The translations under genes were made by a program, and so were the position numbers. A stretch of 64,000 bases of DNA, taken from NCBI GenBank assembly GCA_016861205.1, contig BOKX01000001.1:72539-136538 (forward strand), written 5' to 3'. A model generated the notes under the pieces. It searched no databases. It had not been told where the DNA came from and was given only the letters and a program-made list of their open reading frames with translations. Source of the stretch: Patescibacteria group bacterium. GTDB lineage: Bacteria > Patescibacteriota > Microgenomatia > UBA1400 > PJMF01. This document shows positions 18,975-28,342 of the stretch, piece by piece (the first letter of the stretch is position 1; each line of letters starts with the position of its first letter).

Positions 18975-19701
18975 GTTCTGGTGGCTGAGTGGCAATCCCT
19001 GCTGGGTTTAGCTCAGGCAGCGTAATCACCGAACCTTGCACAGAGCCTTCTTGAAGTTGCTTTACACGATATAAAAACGACCGGTGCCAGTCGGCATATT
19101 TTTGCTCAAACGCTTCAATGTTGGGAATCCCAAAGCTGGAGGCTAGCTGTCGAAATCGCTCGAGTTTGTCGCCACCATAACGAGTCAGGGCGGCTTCGAT
19201 ATCCTGGACTGTTTTGAACTTAGGGGCTTTGCTGTGATACTTGGCTGAGTACACGATCAACCACTCCAGTGGGCAGGTTGGTAAGTAGTCGCCTGGTGGC
19301 AGTTGCAAGCCAAACTGGGCGATATCCTCTGGTGTCAGTCCGACACCTTCGTGGGTCAGGGCCACCCGCACAATATCCTCACGAAAGCCCTCTTGGCGCA
19401 GGATTTCGGCTCCTACCAAGCTATGTTGAATGTATGGCTTGTCATAGGGCAGCTGCCCAGGCATCCACTCAAAACCGCCGCACTGGTAGACACCGATCTC
19501 GAATAACAAACCAGCCTTGATGACCAGATTGCGATCAAGCTGCGAGGTATCAAACAGGCCTGAGTCGTAGAGGCTCAGGGCAATTTCCATCACGATGTGG
19601 GAGTGGGTCCAGACCAGGTCAAGTAACAGCTCTGAGCTGGCGTACTTTTTGTGGAGCGTGAACTCCGTCAGGTACTGATCTTGATTGATGTACTGGGCCA
19701 T
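18937..19701 (-). CDS. hypothetical protein (HD-domain-like helical protein, motif degenerate)
   Basis: THSHIVMEIALSLYDSGLFD ... AGLLFEIGVYQ resembles the HD phosphohydrolase layout but lacks the HD dyad. Confidence 0.3.
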   Translation of the reverse strand: MAQYINQDQYLTEFTLHKKYASSELLLDLVWTHSHIVMEIALSLYDSGLFDTSQLDRNLVIKAGLLFEIGVYQCGGFEWMPGQLPYDKPYIQHSLVGAEILRQEGFREDIVRVALTHEGVGLTPEDIAQFGLQLPPGDYLPTCPLEWLIVYSAKYHSKAPKFKTVQDIEAALTRYGGDKLERFRQLASSFGIPNIEAFEQKYADWHRSFLYRVKQLQEGSVQGSVITLPELNPAGIATQPPELKTRMVLPAGQS

Positions 19702-19709
19702 GGCGCTGA

Positions 19710-20270
19710 CTACTCGGTCAACTCAGCCGCTGGTTGACTCGACAAGTAAGCTTGCCAGGCTGAGTCATGGAGTAGCCCATATAGCTTACCATAGTCAGCC
19801 CAAGAAAATCCCGAGTTGGGATCGGTTTCTTGAGGTAATTGTCGGTACCGTTCTACCAGTTGTCGATATTGGTCGGTGTCTAAGTGGACTACTCCCTGAA
19901 TATCAGAACCGGGTTTGAGATCGGCTGTGGCGACTCGAGCCGCAAAGACGTGGGTAGTAAAAGTAAACTGCCCTTCTGGTGAGTTGAGATTGGCCGAGGT
20001 GGTCAACAGCATCTTGAACCGCTCAGTTGGTAACTGAATACCTGTTTCCTCAGCTAGCTCGCGTTGTGCCGCTTGGAGTGGGGTTTCGCCTTGGTCAATG
20101 CCGCCACCCAGCATACGGTAAATGCCCTCGGGATAGATATCTTTGCGAGCCAGCACAAACTGGCCATGTTCATCGATCAGGAATAACAAAACGTGCTCAC
20201 CTCGCTTCATAACTGGCGGCACGGTGTTGAGGCCAATATCGAGTTGGTGGTGAACAGGTTGGTTGGGCAT
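19710..20270 (-). CDS. NUDIX hydrolase
   Basis: Nudix box GGGIDQGETPLQAAQRELAEETGI. Confidence 0.85.
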   Translation of the reverse strand: MPNQPVHHQLDIGLNTVPPVMKRGEHVLLFLIDEHGQFVLARKDIYPEGIYRMLGGGIDQGETPLQAAQRELAEETGIQLPTERFKMLLTTSANLNSPEGQFTFTTHVFAARVATADLKPGSDIQGVVHLDTDQYRQLVERYRQLPQETDPNSGFSWADYGKLYGLLHDSAWQAYLSSQPAAELTE

Positions 20271-20339
20271 ATGTCAGAAAGATGTCTAGTATTTCAAAAT
20301 CTATCTGGCCTATACTACACGGAACTACCGATTTCCGCC

Positions 20340-20744
20340 ATGGTGGAGTTGTTGACTACTCATCACCACCGTTCACAATCAACGCTCAGTGAGCGGGATT
20401 TAGATCGGTTCACGGCTGAGTTTCACCGAGCTGAACTGAGTGACGTTATGTACCAGCAGCGGTTGCTGAGGTTGCGAGCGGCGGTGGGGTTGTTTCTGTC
20501 GATGGTTACCTTGGTGGGTTTGGTAACTTGGGGGCCAGAGTACTTGGGTGATGAAGTGCTGAGTGCGGTGATGAAGCTCAATCTTGGTTGGCTGTTGGTG
20601 ACCTGTTTTGGCTTGGTTTTGGCAGAAGCTGAGTGCAAAAATCTCGATCTTGAGGTAAAATCCTTTACGGTGGCAGCTAGTGTGCAGCATTCGCGCTCAG
20701 ATGAGTTGTTACCACCGGCGGGTCAAACCAGCCCACCGGACTAA
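20340..20744 (+). CDS. hypothetical two-TM membrane protein
   Basis: The ORF track gives 20193..20744, but its first about 49 codons overlap the divergent NUDIX gene. I prefer the internal Met at about 20340 (MVELLTTHHH...). Confidence 0.3.
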   Translation: MVELLTTHHHRSQSTLSERDLDRFTAEFHRAELSDVMYQQRLLRLRAAVGLFLSMVTLVGLVTWGPEYLGDEVLSAVMKLNLGWLLVTCFGLVLAEAECKNLDLEVKSFTVAASVQHSRSDELLPPAGQTSPPD

Positions 20745-20785
20745 CGTGGGTCGGTCAATTTTGCCGGCGCTCGTCGGAAATACGT

Positions 20786-20859
20786 GGGTCGGTAGCTCAG
20801 TCGGTTAGAGCATCTGCCTCTTAAGCAGAGTGTCGTGGGTTCGAGTCCCACCCGACTCA
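20786..20859 (+). tRNA. tRNA-Lys (anticodon CTT)
   Basis: GGGTCGGTAGCTCAGTCGGTTAGAGCATCTGCCTCTTAAGCAGAGTGTCGTGGGTTCGAGTCCCACCCGACTCA: cloverleaf with anticodon loop CTCTTAA and TPsiC GTTCGAGTC; no encoded CCA. Confidence 0.85.
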
Positions 20860-20865
20860 CAGGTA

Positions 20866-20891
20866 CAAAAAATCCCGTTAGGGATTTTTTT
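20866..20891 (+). terminator. rho-independent terminator after tRNA-Lys
   Basis: AAAAAATCCCgttaGGGATTTTTTT, a hairpin followed by a T-run. Confidence 0.6.
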
Positions 20892-21011
20892 GTGCCTGTT
20901 GGGATTGGGTACTGGAGTCAAATGCGTGGTTCGTTCTGTGCAGTTTAGTATTTTTACCTTAAAAAACCTGCACAGCGCGCAGCACCGCTGAAAATCTAGT
21001 CAGGCGAGCAT

Positions 21012-21028
21012 GTCCCACCCGACTCACA
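21012..21028 (+). repeat. 17-bp exact direct repeat of the tRNA-Lys 3' end (GTCCCACCCGACTCACA; first copy 20845..20861)
   Basis: Seen directly in the sequence; att-site-like duplication of the tRNA 3' end. Confidence 0.7.
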
Positions 21029-21052
21029 AAACATTGAAAACTGATTGATCAA

Positions 21053-21532
21053 CTAAGTTATCTTCTTTAGTTCGAGAGTTTCTAGTTTATAGCCAAGTTT
21101 TTGGTAAAAAGATTGTGAGGGATTGTTTGCTAACACAGCAACTCTTATGGTGGAGGTGTTTTTTTCTTTGGCAAAATGCTCTGCATTTTTCATCAATTTG
21201 GCTGCCACTCCCTGACCACGGTATTTTTTGTTAACCACTAAGTCAGAAATATATAAATGACCCTGTTCGTTTAATATGTCCTTTTCCAGGTAATAGGCAA
21301 TGAAACCCACTACAATTCCCTCCATCTCTGCTATCACTACGTCACCATTTTTTTCTTTGATGTCATTATTTAGCTCTTGCCAATATGAATCGAATATTAG
21401 CTCGCCGCTTGCTCTATCAGGTAGCAACCCCTTTTCATACGATTGGAGTTCAATAAAAAGAATTTTCAGTGAAGGCAAGTCTTTTGCTTGAAAAGACCTA
21501 ATGATTAACTTCATGTATGAATTATATCCCAC
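21053..21532 (-). CDS. GNAT family N-acetyltransferase
   Basis: VVNKKYRGQGVAAKLMKNAEHFAKE is the acetyl-CoA-binding motif A (R/Q-x-x-G-x-G/A); 159 aa. Confidence 0.85.
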   Translation of the reverse strand: MGYNSYMKLIIRSFQAKDLPSLKILFIELQSYEKGLLPDRASGELIFDSYWQELNNDIKEKNGDVVIAEMEGIVVGFIAYYLEKDILNEQGHLYISDLVVNKKYRGQGVAAKLMKNAEHFAKEKNTSTIRVAVLANNPSQSFYQKLGYKLETLELKKIT

Positions 21533-21608
21533 TTGTTAATCCACTAATTTTTAAACCGAGAAACATGGGGTTTCATTAAAGCACTTGTAATATCAAGGTC
21601 GTAGTGAC

Positions 21609-22097
21609 CTAGAAGTTTTTCTCTGAAATTTCCGATTTAACTACTTTTAAGTCGTTGCTGAAGGTGAAAGTACCTTCTAAACTATGACCATTTAAAATAG
21701 CAGGCAGCCAAAACTGGGCATCGTCCCACATCTTCAGCAATGGGAGTTTTTGTTTGTCTATCCATTCAGGTCTTATTTCGTCAGTTTCAACTGGTTTGCC
21801 ATCCCATTTTTCACACAAAAATACATGAACTTGCTGACTCCAGACGGGTTTTTGGGGGAATAAAAATGTTAAGTTGCCAACTTTCTTAAGGACAGGTTTA
21901 GTGACTTTAGTTTCTTCACTAAGCTCGCGGATCGCAGCTTCAAGCTCTGATTCATCAGCTTCAATTTTTCCGCCGATTCCCAGGTAATTTCCAGTTCCAA
22001 AACCAGTTTTCTTGTATCCCAATAAAACTTCACTTTCTTTAATTAAAAAAGCAACGGTTCGTTGACTGAGTTGGCTCATATTGGTCGATTGTAACAA
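21609..22097 (-). CDS. NUDIX hydrolase (MutT/MTH1-like 8-oxo-dGTPase family)
   Basis: Nudix box GGKIEADESELEAAIRELSEETKV and C-terminal WDDAQFWLP. Confidence 0.8.
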   Translation of the reverse strand: MLQSTNMSQLSQRTVAFLIKESEVLLGYKKTGFGTGNYLGIGGKIEADESELEAAIRELSEETKVTKPVLKKVGNLTFLFPQKPVWSQQVHVFLCEKWDGKPVETDEIRPEWIDKQKLPLLKMWDDAQFWLPAILNGHSLEGTFTFSNDLKVVKSEISEKNF

Positions 22098-22118
22098 AGT
22101 CGGTTAGTAATACATTTT

Positions 22119-22676
22119 TCACACGAAAGCTGCTGGGAACCTACTCCGAGCCCACAGCAACAATGCCACGGTGTCCGATGCATGAAGTTCACCTGATGCT
22201 AGCCACTCATCCAATTTCTCGATTGGGACCAACACGAGCTCGATGTCTTCAGTTTTTTCCAACTCCTGCTGTTCGGTAATACTCACATCTTTAACCAAAA
22301 AACCAAACACCCGGACTGTACTTTTACTCGGTTCTGTCCAGAGTTCAATCAAGCCGATTAAGTCACTCTCGCTTACCTCGATGCCGGTTTCTTCTTTGAG
22401 TTCCCTGACAGCCGTTTGTTGCGGGGTGTGGCCAGCCTCAATTCGGCCGGCGGGAAACTCTAGGCAGACCTCACCCACACCGTGTTTGTACTGTCGGACC
22501 AGCACCACTTCTCGGTTCTTGGTGATGGGTACAATCATCGACACGTTTGCCAAGTTTGACTTGTAGTAGTCGATCACACTACCGTCTGGCAATCTGACCT
22601 CGTCTTGGACCACTGGGAACCACGGACTTGGGGAGACGTCGTGTTGATTGATAATGTGCCATTTTTTGTTCACCAT
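22119..22676 (-). CDS. NUDIX hydrolase (ADP-ribose pyrophosphatase-like)
   Basis: Nudix box AGRIEAGHTPQQTAVRELKEETGI. Confidence 0.8.
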   Translation of the reverse strand: MVNKKWHIINQHDVSPSPWFPVVQDEVRLPDGSVIDYYKSNLANVSMIVPITKNREVVLVRQYKHGVGEVCLEFPAGRIEAGHTPQQTAVRELKEETGIEVSESDLIGLIELWTEPSKSTVRVFGFLVKDVSITEQQELEKTEDIELVLVPIEKLDEWLASGELHASDTVALLLWARSRFPAAFV

Positions 22677-22681
22677 GTTTG

Positions 22682-23413
22682 TTACTCGCCCTTTCTCAAA
22701 ACCAACCGGTAATTGGTGGCTGTAAAATCTCGACCCAGCTTGTGCGCTTTTTTGTTAATTTTTTGGAGTTCTAGAATTTCAAACTGGCTATAAAACTCAC
22801 GAAGTTCTTGTTCATCATAATTTTTTTGAAATTTGCCATTTTGCGGCCAAATGCTGCTGTTTTTCTCGCCGCCGGGTGACTGTTTCATCATTTCAGCTTC
22901 CATTTCATCTTCGGCAGCGACTACACTGACCATGGCTATACCCCCGGGTCGTAATGTTCGGTACAGCTCACGACAATACACTTCTCTACCGAGTTTCGTT
23001 TCAATATCGATGGAGGCAAAACTATCGATAGCGATGTCGAAAAAATTATTTTCAAATGGCCACTTTTGGTCCATGGCGTGGCAACTGGTATGTATGTTTT
23101 CTGCTAAACCTCTGCTAATAGTCTCGTTGGAGATAAAGGCAATCGCCTCTGGGATGTAATCCATGGCGAAAACCTCGTATCCCTGTTCGGCCATAAAAAA
23201 AGTGTTTCTACCTTTTCCAGCCCCGATATCTATAACTTTTCCCGAGAGCAAACCCATTTTTTTAAGTAAATTATGAAACTGAACCACTAAACCTGAGGGT
23301 TCCAGCTGTTTGGTGCTGCTCATTTCGCTGGGCAAGGCTTGAGCAGTCTTATGTTCATCCGCCCAAATTTGCTGTTGTTTTCTCATTGAACCGCATTGTA
23401 ATGCCCTACTCAT
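22682..23413 (-). CDS. class I SAM-dependent methyltransferase
   Basis: Motif I VIDIGAGKGRNTFFMAEQG; motif post-II LYRTLRPGGIAMV. Confidence 0.8.
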   Translation of the reverse strand: MSRALQCGSMRKQQQIWADEHKTAQALPSEMSSTKQLEPSGLVVQFHNLLKKMGLLSGKVIDIGAGKGRNTFFMAEQGYEVFAMDYIPEAIAFISNETISRGLAENIHTSCHAMDQKWPFENNFFDIAIDSFASIDIETKLGREVYCRELYRTLRPGGIAMVSVVAAEDEMEAEMMKQSPGGEKNSSIWPQNGKFQKNYDEQELREFYSQFEILELQKINKKAHKLGRDFTATNYRLVLRKGE

Positions 23414-23506
23414 GACTGGTGCAAGTCTGGCTTGAATTTTCGATCTCCTTTAACCCTTTCCCAACCAAACTTTGACAAATCGACTCGTTGGTGCCTACAG
23501 TAAAGT

Positions 23507-24550
23507 ATGAAGTCCACCAACCCCCGTTCCTTTTTCATCGACGAGTCACTCCTCAAGTCCCTCAAGTTAGTCGCCGTGGCTTACTCAGAAGTTCGTCGGG
23601 AAGATTTTGCGACTGAAGGTGCTTACATCGCTGAAGTGGAAGTGGAAGAGCGGGCTGAAAGTGTCATCAAAGTTATCTCCGACCTCGGTATGACTGTCAA
23701 AGGGTATGTGGCCGATCAGTACTTCTTCACCAATATTTTGGTGGATAAACCAGATATTGTTTTGAATTTGGTGGACACCGTCCGAGGCCGTGACAGTTTG
23801 CAGCCGGCTATCCCGGGAGCTTTGGAACTCTCCAACATTCAGTACACTGGTGCCGGTTTGCGCGGCTTGGTGGTTGGTAATGACCGGCACTTGTTTAAGC
23901 AACTGCTGATAGCTCATGACATTCCCACCCCTCGTTACAAGTTCATTCGCGACCTGCGGTCCAAAGTGCCTGAAGATTTGGGCACTCCCTTGATCGTCAA
24001 ACTCAACGAAAGTGGCGGCAGTGTCGGCATCGATAACAAAGCCGTCAAAGACACGTTGGCTGCGGCCACCACCAAAGTGCAAAAAATGATCGAAACCTAC
24101 AAGATTCCGGTTATCGTCGAGCAATTTATCGGTGGGCCGGAAATCACCGCCGTGATTTATGATGATGGTCAGAAGCGACATGTCTTTTTGGGGCAGAAAA
24201 TTTTCAAAGTCAAACCAGATGGTAAGCACGACTTCACCAGCCTCGAAAGTTACGACGACGCGCATGCCTACGAGTACACAGAGCCGACGGTAGAGGTCGC
24301 TGATAAGATCAACCCACTCGTTACCCGCGCGTTTGAAGTCTTGGGGTATCGAGATTACGCTAAGTTCGATATTCGTTGGGACGAAGAGAACGGGATCCCC
24401 TACTTTATTGACTGTAATCCCAACACGGCGCTCGGACCAGACAAGGGTTTGCCGATGACTGAAGTACTAGCCATGCATGGGGTCAGTTTTGAGATCTTAC
24501 TCAAGAGTATGCTCAGCAAGCATGCTAAACTCCTGCAGCGTAAAGAGTAA
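23507..24550 (+). CDS. ATP-grasp ligase of the D-alanine--D-alanine ligase family
   Basis: PLIVKLNESGGSVGIDNKAV, VIVEQFIGGPEITAVIYDDG and AKFDIRWDEENGIPYFIDCNPNTALGPD resemble the Ddl C-terminal (Dala_Dala_lig_C) motifs. The N-terminus lacks the canonical Ddl GG.S.EhEVS motif. Confidence 0.6.
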   Translation: MKSTNPRSFFIDESLLKSLKLVAVAYSEVRREDFATEGAYIAEVEVEERAESVIKVISDLGMTVKGYVADQYFFTNILVDKPDIVLNLVDTVRGRDSLQPAIPGALELSNIQYTGAGLRGLVVGNDRHLFKQLLIAHDIPTPRYKFIRDLRSKVPEDLGTPLIVKLNESGGSVGIDNKAVKDTLAAATTKVQKMIETYKIPVIVEQFIGGPEITAVIYDDGQKRHVFLGQKIFKVKPDGKHDFTSLESYDDAHAYEYTEPTVEVADKINPLVTRAFEVLGYRDYAKFDIRWDEENGIPYFIDCNPNTALGPDKGLPMTEVLAMHGVSFEILLKSMLSKHAKLLQRKE

Positions 24551-24559
24551 AATATCTAT

Positions 24560-25168
24560 ATGACAGCCACTATTCGCCAAATTACTCAAATTAGTGAACA
24601 CCACTGTGGACCAGCCGTGATTGAGATGTTGCTTGATGCCCAAGGAGTGCAGGTGTCCCAAGCTGCCATAACTAGAGCCGCCGGTGTCACAGCCACCATT
24701 CAAACCCATGGCACGCGTGTTGACCAACTGGCCAAAGCGGTGAGTCAGGTCGCGCCCCACTTGTTGTTTTGGTACAAGTATCGCGCCTCAATTGATGACA
24801 TCAAACAAGTGTTGAATCGAGGTTATGGTGTGGCTGTGGAGTGGCAAGGGATTTTTTACGAAACCTTGGAAGAACAGTTGCGGCACGGTGATCAGGATGC
24901 CGGTCACTATAGTATTGTTTCACACTATGATGATCAGACCGACCAGCTCGTCATCATTGATCCGTACCTGGATTTTGTTGATCGTGACCGAATTATTTCA
25001 GCAGCTGACTTTCTGGAACGCTGGTGGGATGACAACGAAGTGACTGATGAAGACACCGGTCGCTCGCGCTTTCAGCGAGACGAGCAGTTGCTGTTTTTTG
25101 TGACGCCTGAGACCGAAAACTTTGCAGTTGAGGATGGCTTCAAACAGTACGTGTCACTGGATGAGTAG
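24560..25168 (+). CDS. standalone peptidase C39-like (papain-fold Cys/His) domain protein
   Basis: SEHHCGPAVIEMLLDAQG matches the C39 catalytic Cys motif (xCGxAxLxM); GHYSIVSHYDD...VIIDP matches the His motif (HfvVl...DP); 202 aa, soluble. Confidence 0.5.
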   Translation: MTATIRQITQISEHHCGPAVIEMLLDAQGVQVSQAAITRAAGVTATIQTHGTRVDQLAKAVSQVAPHLLFWYKYRASIDDIKQVLNRGYGVAVEWQGIFYETLEEQLRHGDQDAGHYSIVSHYDDQTDQLVIIDPYLDFVDRDRIISAADFLERWWDDNEVTDEDTGRSRFQRDEQLLFFVTPETENFAVEDGFKQYVSLDE

Positions 25169-25239
25169 CTCTGGAAACTTTGCTTTCTTTGCCATGCTTC
25201 ATGAAATACCCAAACTCTCTTTGAGAGCTCGTAAAAAAG

Positions 25240-25944
25240 TTACTGCGTCATAAGCTCATTTACACTAGCTTCAGCAAGTATTTTCATGCTATCAAACACT
25301 CTATCAACTGGTCGTGGTGGCATGGATAACTGTAGATCAGTGCAAGCCAACACAACAGTATCAGCTCCAGCTTTTTTGACTCGATCAATAACACCCATAA
25401 GTAAGGAAGTATCTTCAGTGTTATTTTTCCATGATAGCGTTCGTTGAATAATACCTTCGATGATCAATTGATCTTGCTCGTGTGGGTAGATTGCAATCAG
25501 ATTTTGTTTTTGACAAGCGATATCATAGATGCCTGCTGTTTTTGTTACTCTTGTTCCTAAAATGCCAACTACGTGAGCCTGTTCCCTTTTCACTTTTTTG
25601 GCAACTTCTTCAGTAATGCTCAGCATAGGGACACTAATCGCAGATCGAACCGCGTCAATATGGACATGAGCTGTGTTACAAGGTAAGACAACTAACGTAG
25701 CTCCACCAACTTCCAAATTTTGGGCGGCACAACTAAGGAAATCACGAAGCTCATCAACTCGACTGACAGCTTGTGTCAGTGATTGTTCAAGAGCAAAAGG
25801 TGACTGAGTATTCTCAAGCATTAATGGAATGTGACTTGTTGCGCCCGAGGCGTGCCACAGGCGTTCTGTAGCAACGTAGAATTGAGCTGCTGTATCAGTT
25901 CCTAATCCACCAATAACACCTAATTTTTTCTGCCGATTTTTCAT
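25240..25944 (-). CDS. Asp/Glu/hydantoin racemase family protein (aspartate racemase-like)
   Basis: GVIGGLGTDTAAQFY, VVLPCNTAH and VVLACTDL are the two catalytic Cys regions of PLP-independent racemases. Confidence 0.8.
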   Translation of the reverse strand: MKNRQKKLGVIGGLGTDTAAQFYVATERLWHASGATSHIPLMLENTQSPFALEQSLTQAVSRVDELRDFLSCAAQNLEVGGATLVVLPCNTAHVHIDAVRSAISVPMLSITEEVAKKVKREQAHVVGILGTRVTKTAGIYDIACQKQNLIAIYPHEQDQLIIEGIIQRTLSWKNNTEDTSLLMGVIDRVKKAGADTVVLACTDLQLSMPPRPVDRVFDSMKILAEASVNELMTQ

Positions 25945-25961
25945 ATTTATCCTTTTGGCAT

Positions 25962-25987
25962 AAAAAAACCTCCCATTTGGGAGGTTT
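25962..25987 (-). terminator. strong hairpin followed by a T7 run on the minus strand, 20 nt upstream of the racemase start
   Basis: AAACCTCCCAtttTGGGAGGTTT; the minus-strand hairpin is followed by TTTTTTTA. It may terminate the 26170..26784 transcript or act as an attenuator. Confidence 0.45.
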
Positions 25988-26169
25988 GTTCTTACTTACT
26001 GTTTTTTTTCAGCGCAAGACCATCCTCCCCGAAGGCAGAAGGAAATACCACAAACTGGTCAGCGCTAAACTTTTAACCATGACGGCATTTTACTCTTTTT
26101 CATATGTGCTGTAAAGCTAATGGAGTTACCTCGGCTTCCTGTTGCCCCGGACATTGTGATAGAAAGCTT

Positions 26170-26784
26170 TCACCCAGCATTTTTTACTACCCGATCTTTG
26201 AGCAAAAAGTCGCCAAACAACTCGCGCCCAAACGCTCTAATCCAAGGGTCGTCGTCTTCGAGGGCTGCCGCGATGGCTTGTTTCGTCAATGGATTTTGGT
26301 ATGGTAGCAACCTGCACATCGCGTCCAGTGCCGCCTCGCGAATTTCTGACTGGAGCTGTGGATTGCTGAACATAGTCCAAAGATACTCGTGTGCATCGTG
26401 ATTTTCCCGAAACCATTCCTTATGGAGCCTGAAAAGCCCTGGCAAAGTTTGGTGGACTTCAGGGAACTTCACTGGGTCCCAATCACGATAGTGCGTGAAA
26501 ACTTCAGCAGGACTGAGTACTCTCGACAAACCGAGCGCGATAGTACTAGCTGCGCCCAGCCGAATCTCCTCTTCTTGGTCGCAGAGCAGTTGGTCGAGGA
26601 TAGTTTGAGCCTGTGCAAAGTGGAGAATGTTATGAAAAAAAACCTGTAAAGCTGCGAGTCGCAGTGGCAACTCTTGGCTGGTTAACAGGTTGACAGTAAT
26701 AGCCTCTGCTGCCACCAATGGACTCGGTTCCGTTTGAAAGCAGCGGTAGATGCGGCGGAGTTCAGAGTCATGAGGTGTGTTCAT
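26170..26784 (-). CDS. HEAT/PBS-lyase-like repeat protein
   Basis: Repeated helical units with LRLAALQVF, IRLGAASTIALG and IREAALDAMCRLL patterns. Confidence 0.4.
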   Translation of the reverse strand: MNTPHDSELRRIYRCFQTEPSPLVAAEAITVNLLTSQELPLRLAALQVFFHNILHFAQAQTILDQLLCDQEEEIRLGAASTIALGLSRVLSPAEVFTHYRDWDPVKFPEVHQTLPGLFRLHKEWFRENHDAHEYLWTMFSNPQLQSEIREAALDAMCRLLPYQNPLTKQAIAAALEDDDPWIRAFGRELFGDFLLKDRVVKNAG

Positions 26785-26797
26785 AGGGAAATCATCA

Positions 26798-28339
26798 TCA
26801 TTTTCTGGCTACAAGGTACGATCCGATAACCAGTAAGTCAACATCTGGTAAAGCACGGAAAATTTCAATTGCTTGGGAAGGGTTTTCGGCTGGTGGTAAC
26901 CCACTAATATTTAAGGAGGATTTGTACACCGCCCCAATGCCTGTGTAGTCACGGATCGTGTTCAGTAACTGCCAGAACAGCGGGTTTTGTGATTGAGTCA
27001 CAGCATGTGGCCGAGTAGCTTGATGGAGCCAAGGATGTTGAGCCAGAAAATCAGCTGTGTACATTTGAGAATACTGCATGTGGGTCGATGGGTGATAATT
27101 GGCAAAGACTTGTCGTGCATCTTCGTTGGTTATTGCAATGGCACACTCCTTTGTTGGCTTCGTTTGCTTGGCGCGGTTGAGTTTCTGAGCACCATTTTTG
27201 TCCATGAAGTTAGAGATGATAGTTCTGTTGCCTAAAGCTCTGGGTCCCAACTCTGCACCTCCTTGAAACCAGGCAATAACTTTTCCAGCTGCTATTAATT
27301 GTGCAACGCGATCACAGAGGCTACTCGGATCTTCAATGCACTCAAAAGTTAGATCTGCGGATTTTTCCAGACTGGCAAGAACTGCTTCTGAACTATAACT
27401 GTGTGAGTAGCTAACTTCAGACAGGTGTGGAACGTCGTGGTTCTGGTTACGCAACCACGCCAGTCCGGCTCCCACATAACTGGCGATACCACATGGGAAT
27501 GGTGTAACTGCGAGAGTTGTCTCTGACATCAAACCACTGTCGAGAAGATACGAGTTGAGTTCAGCACTTAGTGCAACGTTCCCAGCTAGGCATAAGTGCG
27601 TGCAGTTGGTCGTGACCATAAACCGTCGGTAGGTATCAGCGTAGGTGTGATAAATATGGTTGATGCAGGCTTGCACAGCACTAGCTAAAACGACTGGGGC
27701 GCCGGTACCAGCAGCAATTAAGTCATCAATTAAGGCATTAAAACGGGTTTCGACTGGCTGGTTTGTACCGGTTGTTTCTTGCTGATCGATTGCTTGGCAT
27801 GATTGCAATATTGAATAAAAATGAGCTACAAATTCTTGTTTGCAAAGTTGAGTAGTGAACTTTTGCAATGTGGTCAGAGAGTTAAGGTTCTCAATTTTTT
27901 CGTCGAACACTTTTTCAATAAAGGCTAATGAGCTGGCACAGTGATTGGTGATAGAGTCACAGGCATGCAACGTCAGTTTCCCATCATATCCAACCCAGTA
28001 GCTACCAAATGACTCGCAAGAGTTTAAGTCGGTAACTGCTATCAGTGTTCGATCGTTCGGCGCAAAACCAGAACAGGCATACGCCAGCTCGGCTTCAGCA
28101 CGGTGCTGTGATAAGGGTGCTTGATCAGTATCAACCTGATGAACTGTTTGAGCATCAATCTGGGGATAACTTGAGCGCAGGTAGTCCAGTGACAGTGTCG
28201 GAACTTCCTTGGCATCATTTTTTATTCGGGACAAATACTCTTCTCTAATTGCCAACAGCAGTGTATTGCCATCAAAAATTGCAGCACCTGCAGTCTGATT
28301 TCGGCCATTGATAAAGATGTGATGATTTTCCGCTGGCAT
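26798..28339 (-). CDS. carbamoyltransferase (NodU/CmcH/TobZ family)
   Basis: WFQGGAELGPRALGNRTII, the hallmark of the carbamoyltransferase C-terminal domain; 513 aa. Confidence 0.7.
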   Translation of the reverse strand: MPAENHHIFINGRNQTAGAAIFDGNTLLLAIREEYLSRIKNDAKEVPTLSLDYLRSSYPQIDAQTVHQVDTDQAPLSQHRAEAELAYACSGFAPNDRTLIAVTDLNSCESFGSYWVGYDGKLTLHACDSITNHCASSLAFIEKVFDEKIENLNSLTTLQKFTTQLCKQEFVAHFYSILQSCQAIDQQETTGTNQPVETRFNALIDDLIAAGTGAPVVLASAVQACINHIYHTYADTYRRFMVTTNCTHLCLAGNVALSAELNSYLLDSGLMSETTLAVTPFPCGIASYVGAGLAWLRNQNHDVPHLSEVSYSHSYSSEAVLASLEKSADLTFECIEDPSSLCDRVAQLIAAGKVIAWFQGGAELGPRALGNRTIISNFMDKNGAQKLNRAKQTKPTKECAIAITNEDARQVFANYHPSTHMQYSQMYTADFLAQHPWLHQATRPHAVTQSQNPLFWQLLNTIRDYTGIGAVYKSSLNISGLPPAENPSQAIEIFRALPDVDLLVIGSYLVARK

Positions 28340-28342
28340 TTT

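Noticed and set aside
20193-20339. N-terminal 49 codons of the track ORF 20193..20744
   Set aside because: They fully overlap the 5' end of the divergent NUDIX gene on the other strand. I treat this as an over-extended ORF and use the later start at about 20340, which is still low confidence.
26104-26649. Plus-strand ORFs 26104..26307, 26120..26401 and 26389..26649
   Set aside because: They are antisense to the HEAT-repeat gene. They are short and mutually overlapping.
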